Below the pieces are notes generated by a model that did no database searches, was not told the DNA's origin, and was given only the letters and a program-made list of their open reading frames with translations. The position numbers were made by a program, and so were the translations under genes. Shown here piece after piece: positions 27,353 to 36,161 of a stretch of DNA of 64,000 nucleotides (positions are counted from its first letter, which is position 1; each line of letters begins with the position of its first letter). This DNA comes from Candidatus Poribacteria bacterium (GTDB lineage: Bacteria > Poribacteria > WGA-4E > WGA-3G): the NCBI GenBank assembly GCA_022820835.1, contig JAJEET010000157.1:4315-68314 (forward strand), written 5' to 3'.

Positions 27353-28804
27353 TCACGTCATCCCTGTTACAACGAGCGAGACATCCGCGCTTGCAGTTGC
27401 TTCAATCGGCACGGACATAAAGGCGTTGATCAGTTTTCCGGAGGCGGCATCAAATACTCGGATCTTCCCGTCGAAACCGCCTGCGGCGACCTGTGTGCCG
27501 TTCGGATGGAACGAGACAGCGAAAACGGCTACGGCATCCGCCTGCGTCGTTAGGACCCGTTTTCCGTCTGCTACGTTATAGATCCGCACCTCACCTGCGG
27601 CACTACCGATAGCGATACGCGTGCCATCCGCCGAGAATGCGACGGCTTCAATCGACCCTGCTTGCGCTTCAAACGCGCGAATGAGGTTAAAATCGGTGTT
27701 GCCGACATCCCTTCGGATTTCACGGAAGATTTTGTAGAGCCTCGGTATCCGGTCTTCACCGCCGCTTATTACCTGTTCGGCAGCTGGATGCCGTGCGATG
27801 GTGTTGATCTCTCCGTAACCTTTGTTACTGGAGTTAATGTCATCGACGAAAGAGCCAGTATTCACCTCAACCAATTTGAGGGCGGTATCACGTCCGGCAC
27901 TCACGAAATGTGAGCCGTCCGTAGAAAAGACGGTACCGAAGACCCAATCGCTATGGTTATCAAATTTGACAAGTTCTTTTTCGTCCTCAACGGATAGGAC
28001 GCGCACTGTTTGATCTGAGCATCCGAAAGCGACGCGACTGGCATCAGGTGAGAAAGAGAGTCCATAAATTGTATCGTAGCTGGAGCGTATGGCTTTGATG
28101 AGCGTGTTGGTTGCGGTATCCCAGAGTTGTACTTCGCCGAATTGTGCGGGGGATCCGCCAGCCACCCCTAAAATTTTGCCATCCGCCGAATAGGTAAGCG
28201 ACTGTATTCGGCGTGCCTTGCCTACGAGTCGCGCTTTGAGTTCAAAATCCACTGGGTCATACAACAAAACTTCATGGAAACCAGAGATGGCAAGCGTACT
28301 ACCGTCAGGCGAATAGGCGACAGCAGAAACGACAGGTGGGACTGTGTAAGTTGGGTAGTTTCCTTCACCCATATCATCAACTTCGGCGGGTGTATCGTCA
28401 TGTGCGCCTTCAAGGATCCACCGCCGAAAAAGTTTGACCTCTTCAGCGGAGAGCGGTTCCATGTTTTGTGGCATCGCGGGTTCATCGCCAGAGATGAGTT
28501 CAATAAGGAGACTGTCGTCGGGTTTGCCCGGGATGATTGTTGTATCACCCGCCATCCCGCCTTGTTTGAGATCGGTATAGGTTGTGACAATCAAGCCGCC
28601 GTTTGGATCACCTGGGTGATGGCATCCCTGGCAACTCCGTTTGAGGATCGGGACGATTTGTGAGTGGTAACTCACGGGTGTGTCTCCAGCATGGTTGTCT
28701 GCTGCTACCAGCGGGAGCAACATCACAGAACAGAGCATGTACACGATTAGATGGACTGTAAACTTTGATCTCAATATGTTCATATCCGTCAGAAACCCTC
28801 CCAT
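27353..28804 (-). CDS. Planctomycete-type cytochrome c (PSCyt1) domain fused to a WD40 propeller
   Basis: Haem motif SCQGCHHPG with the downstream IPGKPDDSLLIELI...MP. WD40-like blades follow (AYSPDG, TYSADG, SFSPDA, AFSADG). A hydrophobic signal is present. An alternative ATG lies at 28783. Confidence 0.85.
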   Translation of the reverse strand: MGGFLTDMNILRSKFTVHLIVYMLCSVMLLPLVAADNHAGDTPVSYHSQIVPILKRSCQGCHHPGDPNGGLIVTTYTDLKQGGMAGDTTIIPGKPDDSLLIELISGDEPAMPQNMEPLSAEEVKLFRRWILEGAHDDTPAEVDDMGEGNYPTYTVPPVVSAVAYSPDGSTLAISGFHEVLLYDPVDFELKARLVGKARRIQSLTYSADGKILGVAGGSPAQFGEVQLWDTATNTLIKAIRSSYDTIYGLSFSPDASRVAFGCSDQTVRVLSVEDEKELVKFDNHSDWVFGTVFSTDGSHFVSAGRDTALKLVEVNTGSFVDDINSSNKGYGEINTIARHPAAEQVISGGEDRIPRLYKIFREIRRDVGNTDFNLIRAFEAQAGSIEAVAFSADGTRIAIGSAAGEVRIYNVADGKRVLTTQADAVAVFAVSFHPNGTQVAAGGFDGKIRVFDAASGKLINAFMSVPIEATASADVSLVVTGMT

Positions 28805-28868
28805 TTACCAAGGTGAGGTATTATAGTTCGCCGTGTAAAAATGTTGCACTTGACATATTTTCTTCATA

Positions 28869-28898
28869 ATTATATCACATTTTTATAATGTAATTCAA
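28869..28898 (-). promoter_or_regulatory. Sigma-70-type promoter for the cytochrome-WD40 gene
   Basis: On the minus strand: TTGAAT (28893-28898), an 18-nt spacer, then TATAAT (28869-28874). Confidence 0.5.
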
Positions 28899-29492
28899 GA
28901 AAAAATCGGATTCAACCCTAGAGAACGTTATTTTTCACTAACGTGAACTTGAAAATAAATCTGTAGGTTGGGTTGAGCGGTAAATACACACTAAAAACCG
29001 TATAATTTGGACAAATATGCCGCTTTTCAAGGCACTTTCTGCATAAATAGCGGTAGCGAAACCCAACATCCCACTTTTATCAAACTCACGTTTCACTAAG
29101 TTCTGTAACAGCGGAAACAGGCGTAAAATCCCTATACCCTTTCAGAACGCAACCCAAACAGAGGAAAAATTGTCCCCCGTTTGCGAAAATAAAAAAGAAA
29201 TTTGCTTCTCTACATTATATATGTTACCATATATATACTAATTTAATTATATTAACTAATCAAAAATATAAAAATAACCCGTCACCCACACAAAGGCGGA
29301 CAAAACGTAGACTCGGTTAAAACGAAAACCCTCTTGCCTAACGACTCACAGCCACCACAAACCCAAATCGAAAATGTTACACTTTTCGCCTTTTTTTCAA
29401 TTACGAACCCATAACACAATCGCCTTTGAACCCTTACATCGACTAAGCTTATCGCAATGGCACATCCATACCCAATGTTACAAAAGTATGAC

Positions 29493-29599
29493 GCAGATTT
29501 TTGCGTACAAAAAAAATTAAAGTGCCTTTATGACAAAAATCACAACAGCAGATTTTTGCGTACAAAAAAAATTAAAGTGCCTCTATGACAAAAATCACA
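29493..29599. repeat. Tandem direct repeat, 2 copies, period 55 bp
   Basis: GCAGATTTTTGCGTACAAAAAAAATTAAAGTGCCT[T/C]TATGACAAAAATCACA at 29493-29544 and again at 29548-29599, with one mismatch. Confidence 0.9.
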
Positions 29600-29780
29600 G
29601 CTTCGTTCAACCACAATAGACCTCTAAAAACAGCTTTACAAGGCAATCCTAACATCTGTTCGGGAACCTTAACGGGAAAACACTCCCAACTTTTCATAAC
29701 TTCTAATGTGATCAAATTGTCCAAACTACTGCACACTATAGTGCTGATATCAACACAGACCTAAAAAACGCTGATTTTCA

Positions 29781-29809
29781 TTGACACATTCTGAAAAATA
29801 CGATATACT
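29781..29809 (+). promoter_or_regulatory. Sigma-70-type promoter for the YceI-like gene
   Basis: TTGACA (29781-29786), a 17-nt spacer, then TATACT (29804-29809). Confidence 0.7.
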
Positions 29810-29887
29810 TGTTTCGTTGTTTTGTTCTTATGTAACAGACACATTTTTTACCAAAATTTCACGCCAAAAAAGGAGATAATTTTTTCA

Positions 29888-30511
29888 ATGAAAACGGACT
29901 TAGGACGGAACCTGCAAATTTTCAGTGTCGGAAGCCTTGTACTTTTACTACTTCTCGGTTTTGCTGGAATTACGCAACCTATGAGTGTAACGCCGTATGA
30001 AGTTGACACCGCACATTCAATGATACTTTTTCGTGCAAAACATAATGGCGTTACTTACAATTACGGCAGATTCAACGAATTCAAGGGCATGATCGCGATG
30101 GGCTCAAAGGATGCAGGCGGTCATACTGAGGGGTACATGGTGGAATTTGAGGTTAAAGCAGCGAGCGTTGATACCGGCAACGAAAAACGCGACCAACATC
30201 TCAGAAGTTCCGATTTCTTCAGTGCGAAACAGTTTCCTGTGATTACCTTCAAAAGCACGAAAGTCAAAGCGAAGGAAGGAAAAGAAGATGTGCTGGAGGT
30301 CACAGGCGATCTTGAATTACACGGTGTAAAAAAATCAATCACAGTGGATGTCGAAATTACGGGACGTGCGACAGGTAGAGACGGCGAATCTCTCATCGGA
30401 TTTGAGAGTATCTTTACGATTAAGCGGAGTGAATTCGGGATGACTTACGGAATGGGAGGTATCAGCGACGACATCCGACTTATCGTCAGTATTGAGGCGA
30501 AACACAAATAG
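29888..30511 (+). CDS. YceI-like periplasmic protein
   Basis: SD AGGAG sits 12 nt upstream of ATG 29888. A signal peptide is present. YceI-like pattern YEVDTAHSMILFRAKHNGVTYNYGRFNEFKG...LELHGVKKSI. Confidence 0.8.
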   Translation: MKTDLGRNLQIFSVGSLVLLLLLGFAGITQPMSVTPYEVDTAHSMILFRAKHNGVTYNYGRFNEFKGMIAMGSKDAGGHTEGYMVEFEVKAASVDTGNEKRDQHLRSSDFFSAKQFPVITFKSTKVKAKEGKEDVLEVTGDLELHGVKKSITVDVEITGRATGRDGESLIGFESIFTIKRSEFGMTYGMGGISDDIRLIVSIEAKHK

Positions 30512-30565
30512 GTGCGCGTTGCCGATGCGCTACGAACGCATTTGCTCTGAAAAACTTTCGTTGGT

Positions 30566-30602
30566 GAGGTTGCTTAGCGGAAACGCCTAAGCAAAACACC
30601 TC
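30566..30602 (+). other. Hairpin with GAAA tetraloop between the YceI-like and membrane genes
   Basis: GAGGTTGCTTAGCG-GAAA-CGCCTAAGCAA..CCTC forms about 14 bp with one bulge and one internal loop. There is no trailing T-run. Confidence 0.35.
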
Positions 30603-30621
30603 GCCAATAGGGATATCAGCG

Positions 30622-31527
30622 ATGTCAATATTCAAGCAGCTTGCCCTCGGTTTACTCCTACCGGCTATTGTTGGTGGTGGGGTCTTCATATTCTCAAAAA
30701 TCCTTACCTCTAAAAGAGAACGCGAGCAGACCGTTGAAGGGGACGGTTTGTCTTTGGGATGGCTTGTCGGCATCGCGCTGAGTGTCGGTTATATTGTCGG
30801 TTACATCGGTTTAGAAGGAATTCCGCCGTTTCCACCACGAGAAGGTGTGCATTGGCTCTGCTATCTCGCGCTTATTGGACTTATCTTAGGTGTCTTTTGG
30901 CATCTCGCGCGATTCGGACGCTTGATTGCACAGGTAGTCGTATCCATCGTTATACCGCGCCTGCTTTTGAGTTCAATGTTTAAGTACAATTGGGGACAGG
31001 TTGAAGGCATCATCTGGTGGGTATGCCTCGCCGTTGTGATCTTCATCTTTTGGAACAGAGTCCAACAGAGCTTCACCCTATTACCATCGGGTGGTTGGAG
31101 TCCGTTTGTCTACTTCGGACTCTCTGGTGGAACTGCGTTAATTCTTGCGGTCTCTGGCAGTCTACGCTTAGCACAGCACGCTGGTATTCTGACAGCACCT
31201 TTTGCAGCGATCTGGATTATCACGCTTTTTCTACAGTCTGACGACAAAGTACCTGTGTTTCCAATCAGTGCCTCCCCAGTCATAGGACTTACGTTAGCAG
31301 GCATCTGGATGAACGGCTATTTTTATGAAGAAGTTCCGGTAATGAGTGCTGTGCTGCTATTGCTCTCGTTATTCTTAACACCCGTTGGACGAATAGGAGC
31401 AATTCAGAGGTTGGGCGGCAGACGTTCCGCTTTTGTTCAGGTAGCAGCTATTGCGTTGCCGGTTCTTATCGCAATAGGTATTGCGCTCGCGCTTTCCGGA
31501 CTCTTCGGCGAAAACAGTGGCTATTAG
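30622..31527 (+). CDS. Polytopic membrane protein, unknown function
   Basis: 301 aa with about 8-9 hydrophobic helices. No motif recognised. Confidence 0.7.
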   Translation: MSIFKQLALGLLLPAIVGGGVFIFSKILTSKREREQTVEGDGLSLGWLVGIALSVGYIVGYIGLEGIPPFPPREGVHWLCYLALIGLILGVFWHLARFGRLIAQVVVSIVIPRLLLSSMFKYNWGQVEGIIWWVCLAVVIFIFWNRVQQSFTLLPSGGWSPFVYFGLSGGTALILAVSGSLRLAQHAGILTAPFAAIWIITLFLQSDDKVPVFPISASPVIGLTLAGIWMNGYFYEEVPVMSAVLLLLSLFLTPVGRIGAIQRLGGRRSAFVQVAAIALPVLIAIGIALALSGLFGENSGY

Positions 31528-31995
31528 ATACGAACAAATCAATGGGTGGATATGTCTAAATAGTTGGAGTTTTCTGCCCGATTTCGTGCAATCGGGTGTG
31601 ATATATGCCCAATTTTGTGCGATTTTACTATATACTTTGCCAACAAAACCGCTAATAGAATGGCACAGAATTTGCTATATGCTATACGTTAGGTGTGAAT
31701 CTCAATTTGATAGTAAAGTGCACAATAGCGAGGTTCATGAAGTTTCAGAAAATATTTCGGTAACAAACGGGCAATAAATTGCCCTACTACAAACGGGTGG
31801 GCTCGTCGTGCGATTCTGCGGCGTACACGCCCAAATGCGAAGTGCATTATCGCACGTTCCGACATTACCGAATTAATAAATTAAACTTCATCAAACCTCG
31901 CCTGCAGTAGGGTTGTTGAAGTGAGGTTACAAATCTCGCTTGCAGTGTGGATGCGGAGAAGGATTTTCAAAAGACAACAATGACCGGAGGTAAAG

Positions 31996-34900
31996 ATGAA
32001 CTTCATACGGACTCTGAATTTTGGCGTACTTTTTAAGCCGACACTCGTTGTTAGGAGCCTTGCCATAGGTTTTCTGCTCGGTGTCCTGTTCCTTTTTAAC
32101 GGCTGTGTCAAGATGGAGGCGACGCGGAAAGCGGATTGGGAGACACATTTCACGGATCTCCACTTTGTCAACCACAGACAGGGCTGGATTGTCGGCGAAG
32201 GTGGTCTGATAATTCACACTGCGGACGGCGGAAAAACATGGACACAGCAGGAAGTTGATACAACAAGTCCAGGATTTCGTATGCCTGATGCCTCGTTGGA
32301 TTTCAAAGCAGTTTATTTTACAAACGCGGACTACGGTTGGGCAGTCGGCGATGAAGGGTTAATAGCAACAACTGACGATGGCGGTAGACACTGGACACTG
32401 CAAAAGAGTGGTACCTCCGCGATGCTCCTCGATGTGTATTTTGCGAACTCAAAAGAGGGTTGGATTGTTGGCGAAGACTCGGATGTTCTCTACACTCAAA
32501 ACGGTGGAAAAGAGTGGAAACGCTTCGAGTACGTTAGCGAATTTATGCTTAACGGAGTCTGGTTCGTTAATGATTCAAAAGGATGGGTTGTCGGGACGCA
32601 CGATAGAATTTTTCACACGCAGAACGGTGGCGAAGCGTGGCGAGAACAGAGCAACCGCTTTGAAGGTGAACGCGATCGCATGATTAATGACAACAAGCAG
32701 GTCTTTTTCGTTAGCGACAACGAAGGTTGGATCGTTGGCAGCGACGGTTCTATCTTCCATACGACAAATAGCGGTATCAATTGGACGCGTCAAGACAGCC
32801 GTATCCCGCTGATTAATGGACACGTCCGAGATACTATCAATAGCATCCACTTCACAGATGAAAATTACGGGATCGCCGTGGCGGATGTCGGTTTCATCAC
32901 ACGGACACAAGACGGTGGCGACAATTGGCAATTGATGGAGAGCGGGACCGAGAACAATTTGACGGGTATCCAGTTTACGACACCGACAGAGGCGTGGGCA
33001 GTTGGATGGTTTGGTACAATTCTGCACACAACGGATGCGGGTGCGACATGGGAAATGACAAGCGGTACGACAGCGAACGATTTGCAGAATGTCCAGTTTA
33101 CGGATGCCAACCGTGCAATTGCAGTTGGTAGACGCGGCACGATGGCGATGAGCAACGATGGTGGACAGACATGGACTGAACTTGAAACGGATATCTGGGA
33201 CGGTATCTGGAACATCTATTTCGCGACGGATAAACACGGTTGGGCAGTCGGTGATCGCGGTCTGATCGTCCACACCAACGATGGCGGTACGAATTGGGAA
33301 CGTCAGCGTGGACCTTCTTCATTCTCACTCCGTGCTGTTCACTTTGTGAGTCCTGAAGTCGGTTGGATCGTCGGGGACCTCGGTAGTATCATACATACGA
33401 TTGATGGCGGTAAAACGTGGCTGCCACAAACAGCGACAGGCGATTTTCTCTCTTTGATGCTGAAGGGTGTGTTCTTTCTTGATGAGAAGAGGGGTTGGGC
33501 GATCGGATGGCCCGGTGTCTGCCTCGCGACAGAAGACGGTGGTTTGACTTGGAGGCAACAGACCACCGGTACCTTCAACGAGCTTTACGGGGTCTATTTT
33601 GCAGACGAAAATACGGGATGGATTGTTGGGCAGTTCGGAGAGATCCTACACACAAAAGACGGTGGACAGAGATGGAATTTCCAACGTAGCGGTACACAAG
33701 AGAATCTGAATAAACTCTATTTTGCGGACGCGCAGCACGGTTTAGTCGTGGGCGATAACGGCGTGATGCTGACCACTATCAATGGTGGAAAAAAGTGGGA
33801 AATGCAGGAGAGCGGTACCGAAAACGATCTGTACGGTCTTGCGCTCTCACCTGATGGTGTTGTCGCTGTTGGTAAGGGTGGTATCGCGATGCGATACTCA
33901 ATTGAAGAGGCGCAATTACCTGCTAAATTACCGCCGGTTGCAGAGGAACCCGAAGTTGTCGCGGAAGTTGAGGTACAAGTTGAACCTGTTGTCTATCATT
34001 GGGACATTATCCGTCAAGCGGCATGGCGTACCAATTTCTCGGATACGCATTTCGTAGACACGGAAAACGGATGGGCAGTCGGGTCAGACGGTGCCATCGC
34101 CCAGACAACAGACGGTGGGCAAACGTGGCTCCCACAACACAGCGGTGTCAGTGAAAATTTGCGTGAAGTGGACTTCGTTGACGCGAAACACGGTAGAGTG
34201 CTCGGTTCTGGTGTCTTACTCCAGACTGAAGACGGCGGCGAAACGTGGAAACCGATTCTTCAATCAGCGAAGCAGAACTTGCCACGCGTCAGCACGATGC
34301 ATTTCCTTAACGCTAACGAGGGATGGCTCGGTGCCTCAATTGGTCAAGTCCTGCATACGACGGATGCCGGAAAGACGTGGAAAATCCAAAAAACTGGCAC
34401 GACAATGGCGAGCATCACGGACATACATTTCATCAACAGTCAGGTAGGTTGGGCAGTGACACCGCAACGTCGAGATGGTGGGTTCATTCTGCATACTGTT
34501 GACGGTGGTGACTATTGGAAGATTCAGGCAAAGACGAATCAAGTGGGTGTCGCTGTCCACTTTGCCGATGAAAACAACGGTTGGGTGGTTCTCGGTAACG
34601 GGAACTCTTTGTTGACTGAAGATGGCGGCGAAACTTGGAAATTGCGAACCACGTCCCAAAGCGCGCGTGGTTTGCAGCGAGTTACCTTCCGTTCTGATAC
34701 GTACGCTTGGGGACTCGGCGGTGGCGGTGCCTATATCACCGAAGACCAAGGCGTAACTTGGAAATCCGTTCCTGTTCGTACAGGCGACAATACAGAAGAC
34801 AATCTGTTCGCTATGTTTATGGAACAGGCTAATCCGGAGTTCTCTGAAGAACCTGAAACGGAAATGGAAGAGGAGACAGAAGAAGAGGCAACAGAGGGAC

Positions 34901-36102
34901 CGACATTAACATACGATGAAACACCAGAAGAAATTCAAAATCGGGTTCGAGCGCAGAGACAACGTCCAGGGCGTCTTGCCCCTGAAGGCGAACTCCCACC
35001 GAATGCAGAAAGTGTGAACCGTCCGCCGCCAACACAACAACCGCCGCCACCTCCTGAACCTCGAAGGCGTAGACGCGGCGGAGGTCGTCGAATTGCGAGC
35101 GTGTACTTCCTTGATGCGGAACACGCATGGGCAGTCGGTAGTGCCGGTAGTATCTATCGCTCCGCAGACGGTGGTGAGACATGGGAACGTCAACTCGGTG
35201 AACAGCAGACTAACAATTTCCGAGAGGTGCTATTCTACGACGACAAAAACGGTTGGATAGCAGGCGACGGTGGTGTGCTGTGGGAAACCCAAGACGGTGG
35301 ACAGACATGGGAGACGATTTCGAGTCGGACGCGTCAACGGTTCATCGGTGTCCACTTCGCAAGCTTAGAACCGAAATGGGGTTGGGCGATGCAACGTGAC
35401 GGCACCGTGTTGTATACAACAGACGGCGATACATGGACAGCAGGTGACACACCTGAACGTCCGCCGTTTATGGAAGGCGATCCACCGGGTAATTTTTCAC
35501 TGAGCGATGTCGCTTTTGGCAAGTTCTCTGAAGGTTGGGCAGTCGGTCAATTTGGGGATATTATCCACAACAAAGACGGCGGTCCGACATGGACACCACA
35601 GCGAACGACTGCGAACGACAGGCTCCTGAGTGTGGATATGAAATTCGCGCCGCTCGGTTGGGCGGTCGGACAAGGTGGTGTCGTCCAACGGACTATCAAC
35701 GGTGGCGAATATTGGAAGATGCATGAAACTGGAGTCACCTACGATCTCAACGCTGTTTTCTTCATCACAAAACGGAAGGGATGGGCGGCTGGTGAGTCCG
35801 GTATCGTGTTAAGGACGATCGACGGTGGTTTTACGTGGGAACCTAAACTAACCGGCATTCCGCAAGACCTCCACGGTGTCGTTGCGATTTCCGAACAGGA
35901 GGTGTACGCGGTCGGCAATGAAGGGACGATTGTCCATTCGAGCGATGGCGGTGAGACGTGGGAACAGGAGCACACCGACATCGACAATAACCTGTATGTT
36001 ATCACGCGTTCCAAAGATGGTAAAGCGTTGTGGGTTGTTGGACAATGGGGTGTTGTGCTGCGTCGGAAGTTAGAGACACCGGAGCAGATGTCAATGCGGT
36101 AA
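31996..36102 (+). CDS. Giant lipoprotein with about 26 BNR/Ycf48-like blades (several tandem beta-propellers)
   Basis: SD GGAGG and lipobox-like LFLFNGC. About 26 repeats of the (T/S)xDGGxTW motif are grouped 13 + 6 + 7. Two linkers separate the groups (about 33895-34040 and 34829-35095). Confidence 0.85.
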   Translation: MNFIRTLNFGVLFKPTLVVRSLAIGFLLGVLFLFNGCVKMEATRKADWETHFTDLHFVNHRQGWIVGEGGLIIHTADGGKTWTQQEVDTTSPGFRMPDASLDFKAVYFTNADYGWAVGDEGLIATTDDGGRHWTLQKSGTSAMLLDVYFANSKEGWIVGEDSDVLYTQNGGKEWKRFEYVSEFMLNGVWFVNDSKGWVVGTHDRIFHTQNGGEAWREQSNRFEGERDRMINDNKQVFFVSDNEGWIVGSDGSIFHTTNSGINWTRQDSRIPLINGHVRDTINSIHFTDENYGIAVADVGFITRTQDGGDNWQLMESGTENNLTGIQFTTPTEAWAVGWFGTILHTTDAGATWEMTSGTTANDLQNVQFTDANRAIAVGRRGTMAMSNDGGQTWTELETDIWDGIWNIYFATDKHGWAVGDRGLIVHTNDGGTNWERQRGPSSFSLRAVHFVSPEVGWIVGDLGSIIHTIDGGKTWLPQTATGDFLSLMLKGVFFLDEKRGWAIGWPGVCLATEDGGLTWRQQTTGTFNELYGVYFADENTGWIVGQFGEILHTKDGGQRWNFQRSGTQENLNKLYFADAQHGLVVGDNGVMLTTINGGKKWEMQESGTENDLYGLALSPDGVVAVGKGGIAMRYSIEEAQLPAKLPPVAEEPEVVAEVEVQVEPVVYHWDIIRQAAWRTNFSDTHFVDTENGWAVGSDGAIAQTTDGGQTWLPQHSGVSENLREVDFVDAKHGRVLGSGVLLQTEDGGETWKPILQSAKQNLPRVSTMHFLNANEGWLGASIGQVLHTTDAGKTWKIQKTGTTMASITDIHFINSQVGWAVTPQRRDGGFILHTVDGGDYWKIQAKTNQVGVAVHFADENNGWVVLGNGNSLLTEDGGETWKLRTTSQSARGLQRVTFRSDTYAWGLGGGGAYITEDQGVTWKSVPVRTGDNTEDNLFAMFMEQANPEFSEEPETEMEEETEEEATEGPTLTYDETPEEIQNRVRAQRQRPGRLAPEGELPPNAESVNRPPPTQQPPPPPEPRRRRRGGGRRIASVYFLDAEHAWAVGSAGSIYRSADGGETWERQLGEQQTNNFREVLFYDDKNGWIAGDGGVLWETQDGGQTWETISSRTRQRFIGVHFASLEPKWGWAMQRDGTVLYTTDGDTWTAGDTPERPPFMEGDPPGNFSLSDVAFGKFSEGWAVGQFGDIIHNKDGGPTWTPQRTTANDRLLSVDMKFAPLGWAVGQGGVVQRTINGGEYWKMHETGVTYDLNAVFFITKRKGWAAGESGIVLRTIDGGFTWEPKLTGIPQDLHGVVAISEQEVYAVGNEGTIVHSSDGGETWEQEHTDIDNNLYVITRSKDGKALWVVGQWGVVLRRKLETPEQMSMR

Positions 36103-36123
36103 CATGGATTGAAAGTGAAAAAC

Positions 36124-36152
36124 TTGACGTGTCCAACAAGAGATGCTATACT
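36124..36152 (+). promoter_or_regulatory. Sigma-70-type promoter giving a (near-)leaderless C5-methyltransferase mRNA
   Basis: TTGACG (36124-36129), a 17-nt spacer, then TATACT (36147-36152). ATG 36162 lies 9 nt after the -10 box, with no SD. Confidence 0.6.
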
Positions 36153-36161
36153 TTACGCACA

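Noticed and set aside
29493-29599. Possible CRISPR array, based on the 55-bp period repeat in an ORF-free AT-rich region.
   Set aside because: There are only two directly adjacent copies, no unique spacers and no cas genes. It is a simple tandem duplication.
31481-31777. 98-aa ORF overlapping the end of the membrane-protein gene and running into the intergenic region.
   Set aside because: It overlaps a better-supported gene, has no SD and has a Cys/Tyr-rich composition atypical of the other genes.
32575-33273. 232-aa antisense ORF, and several shorter ones, inside the giant BNR gene.
   Set aside because: They lie opposite a gene with strong periodic motif support, are low-complexity and have no translation signals.
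36030-36161. ORF-track start of the C5-methyltransferase at 36030, overlapping the BNR gene by 73 nt.
   Set aside because: A consensus promoter lies inside this stretch and motif I begins right after ATG 36162. The upstream extension is unlikely to be translated.
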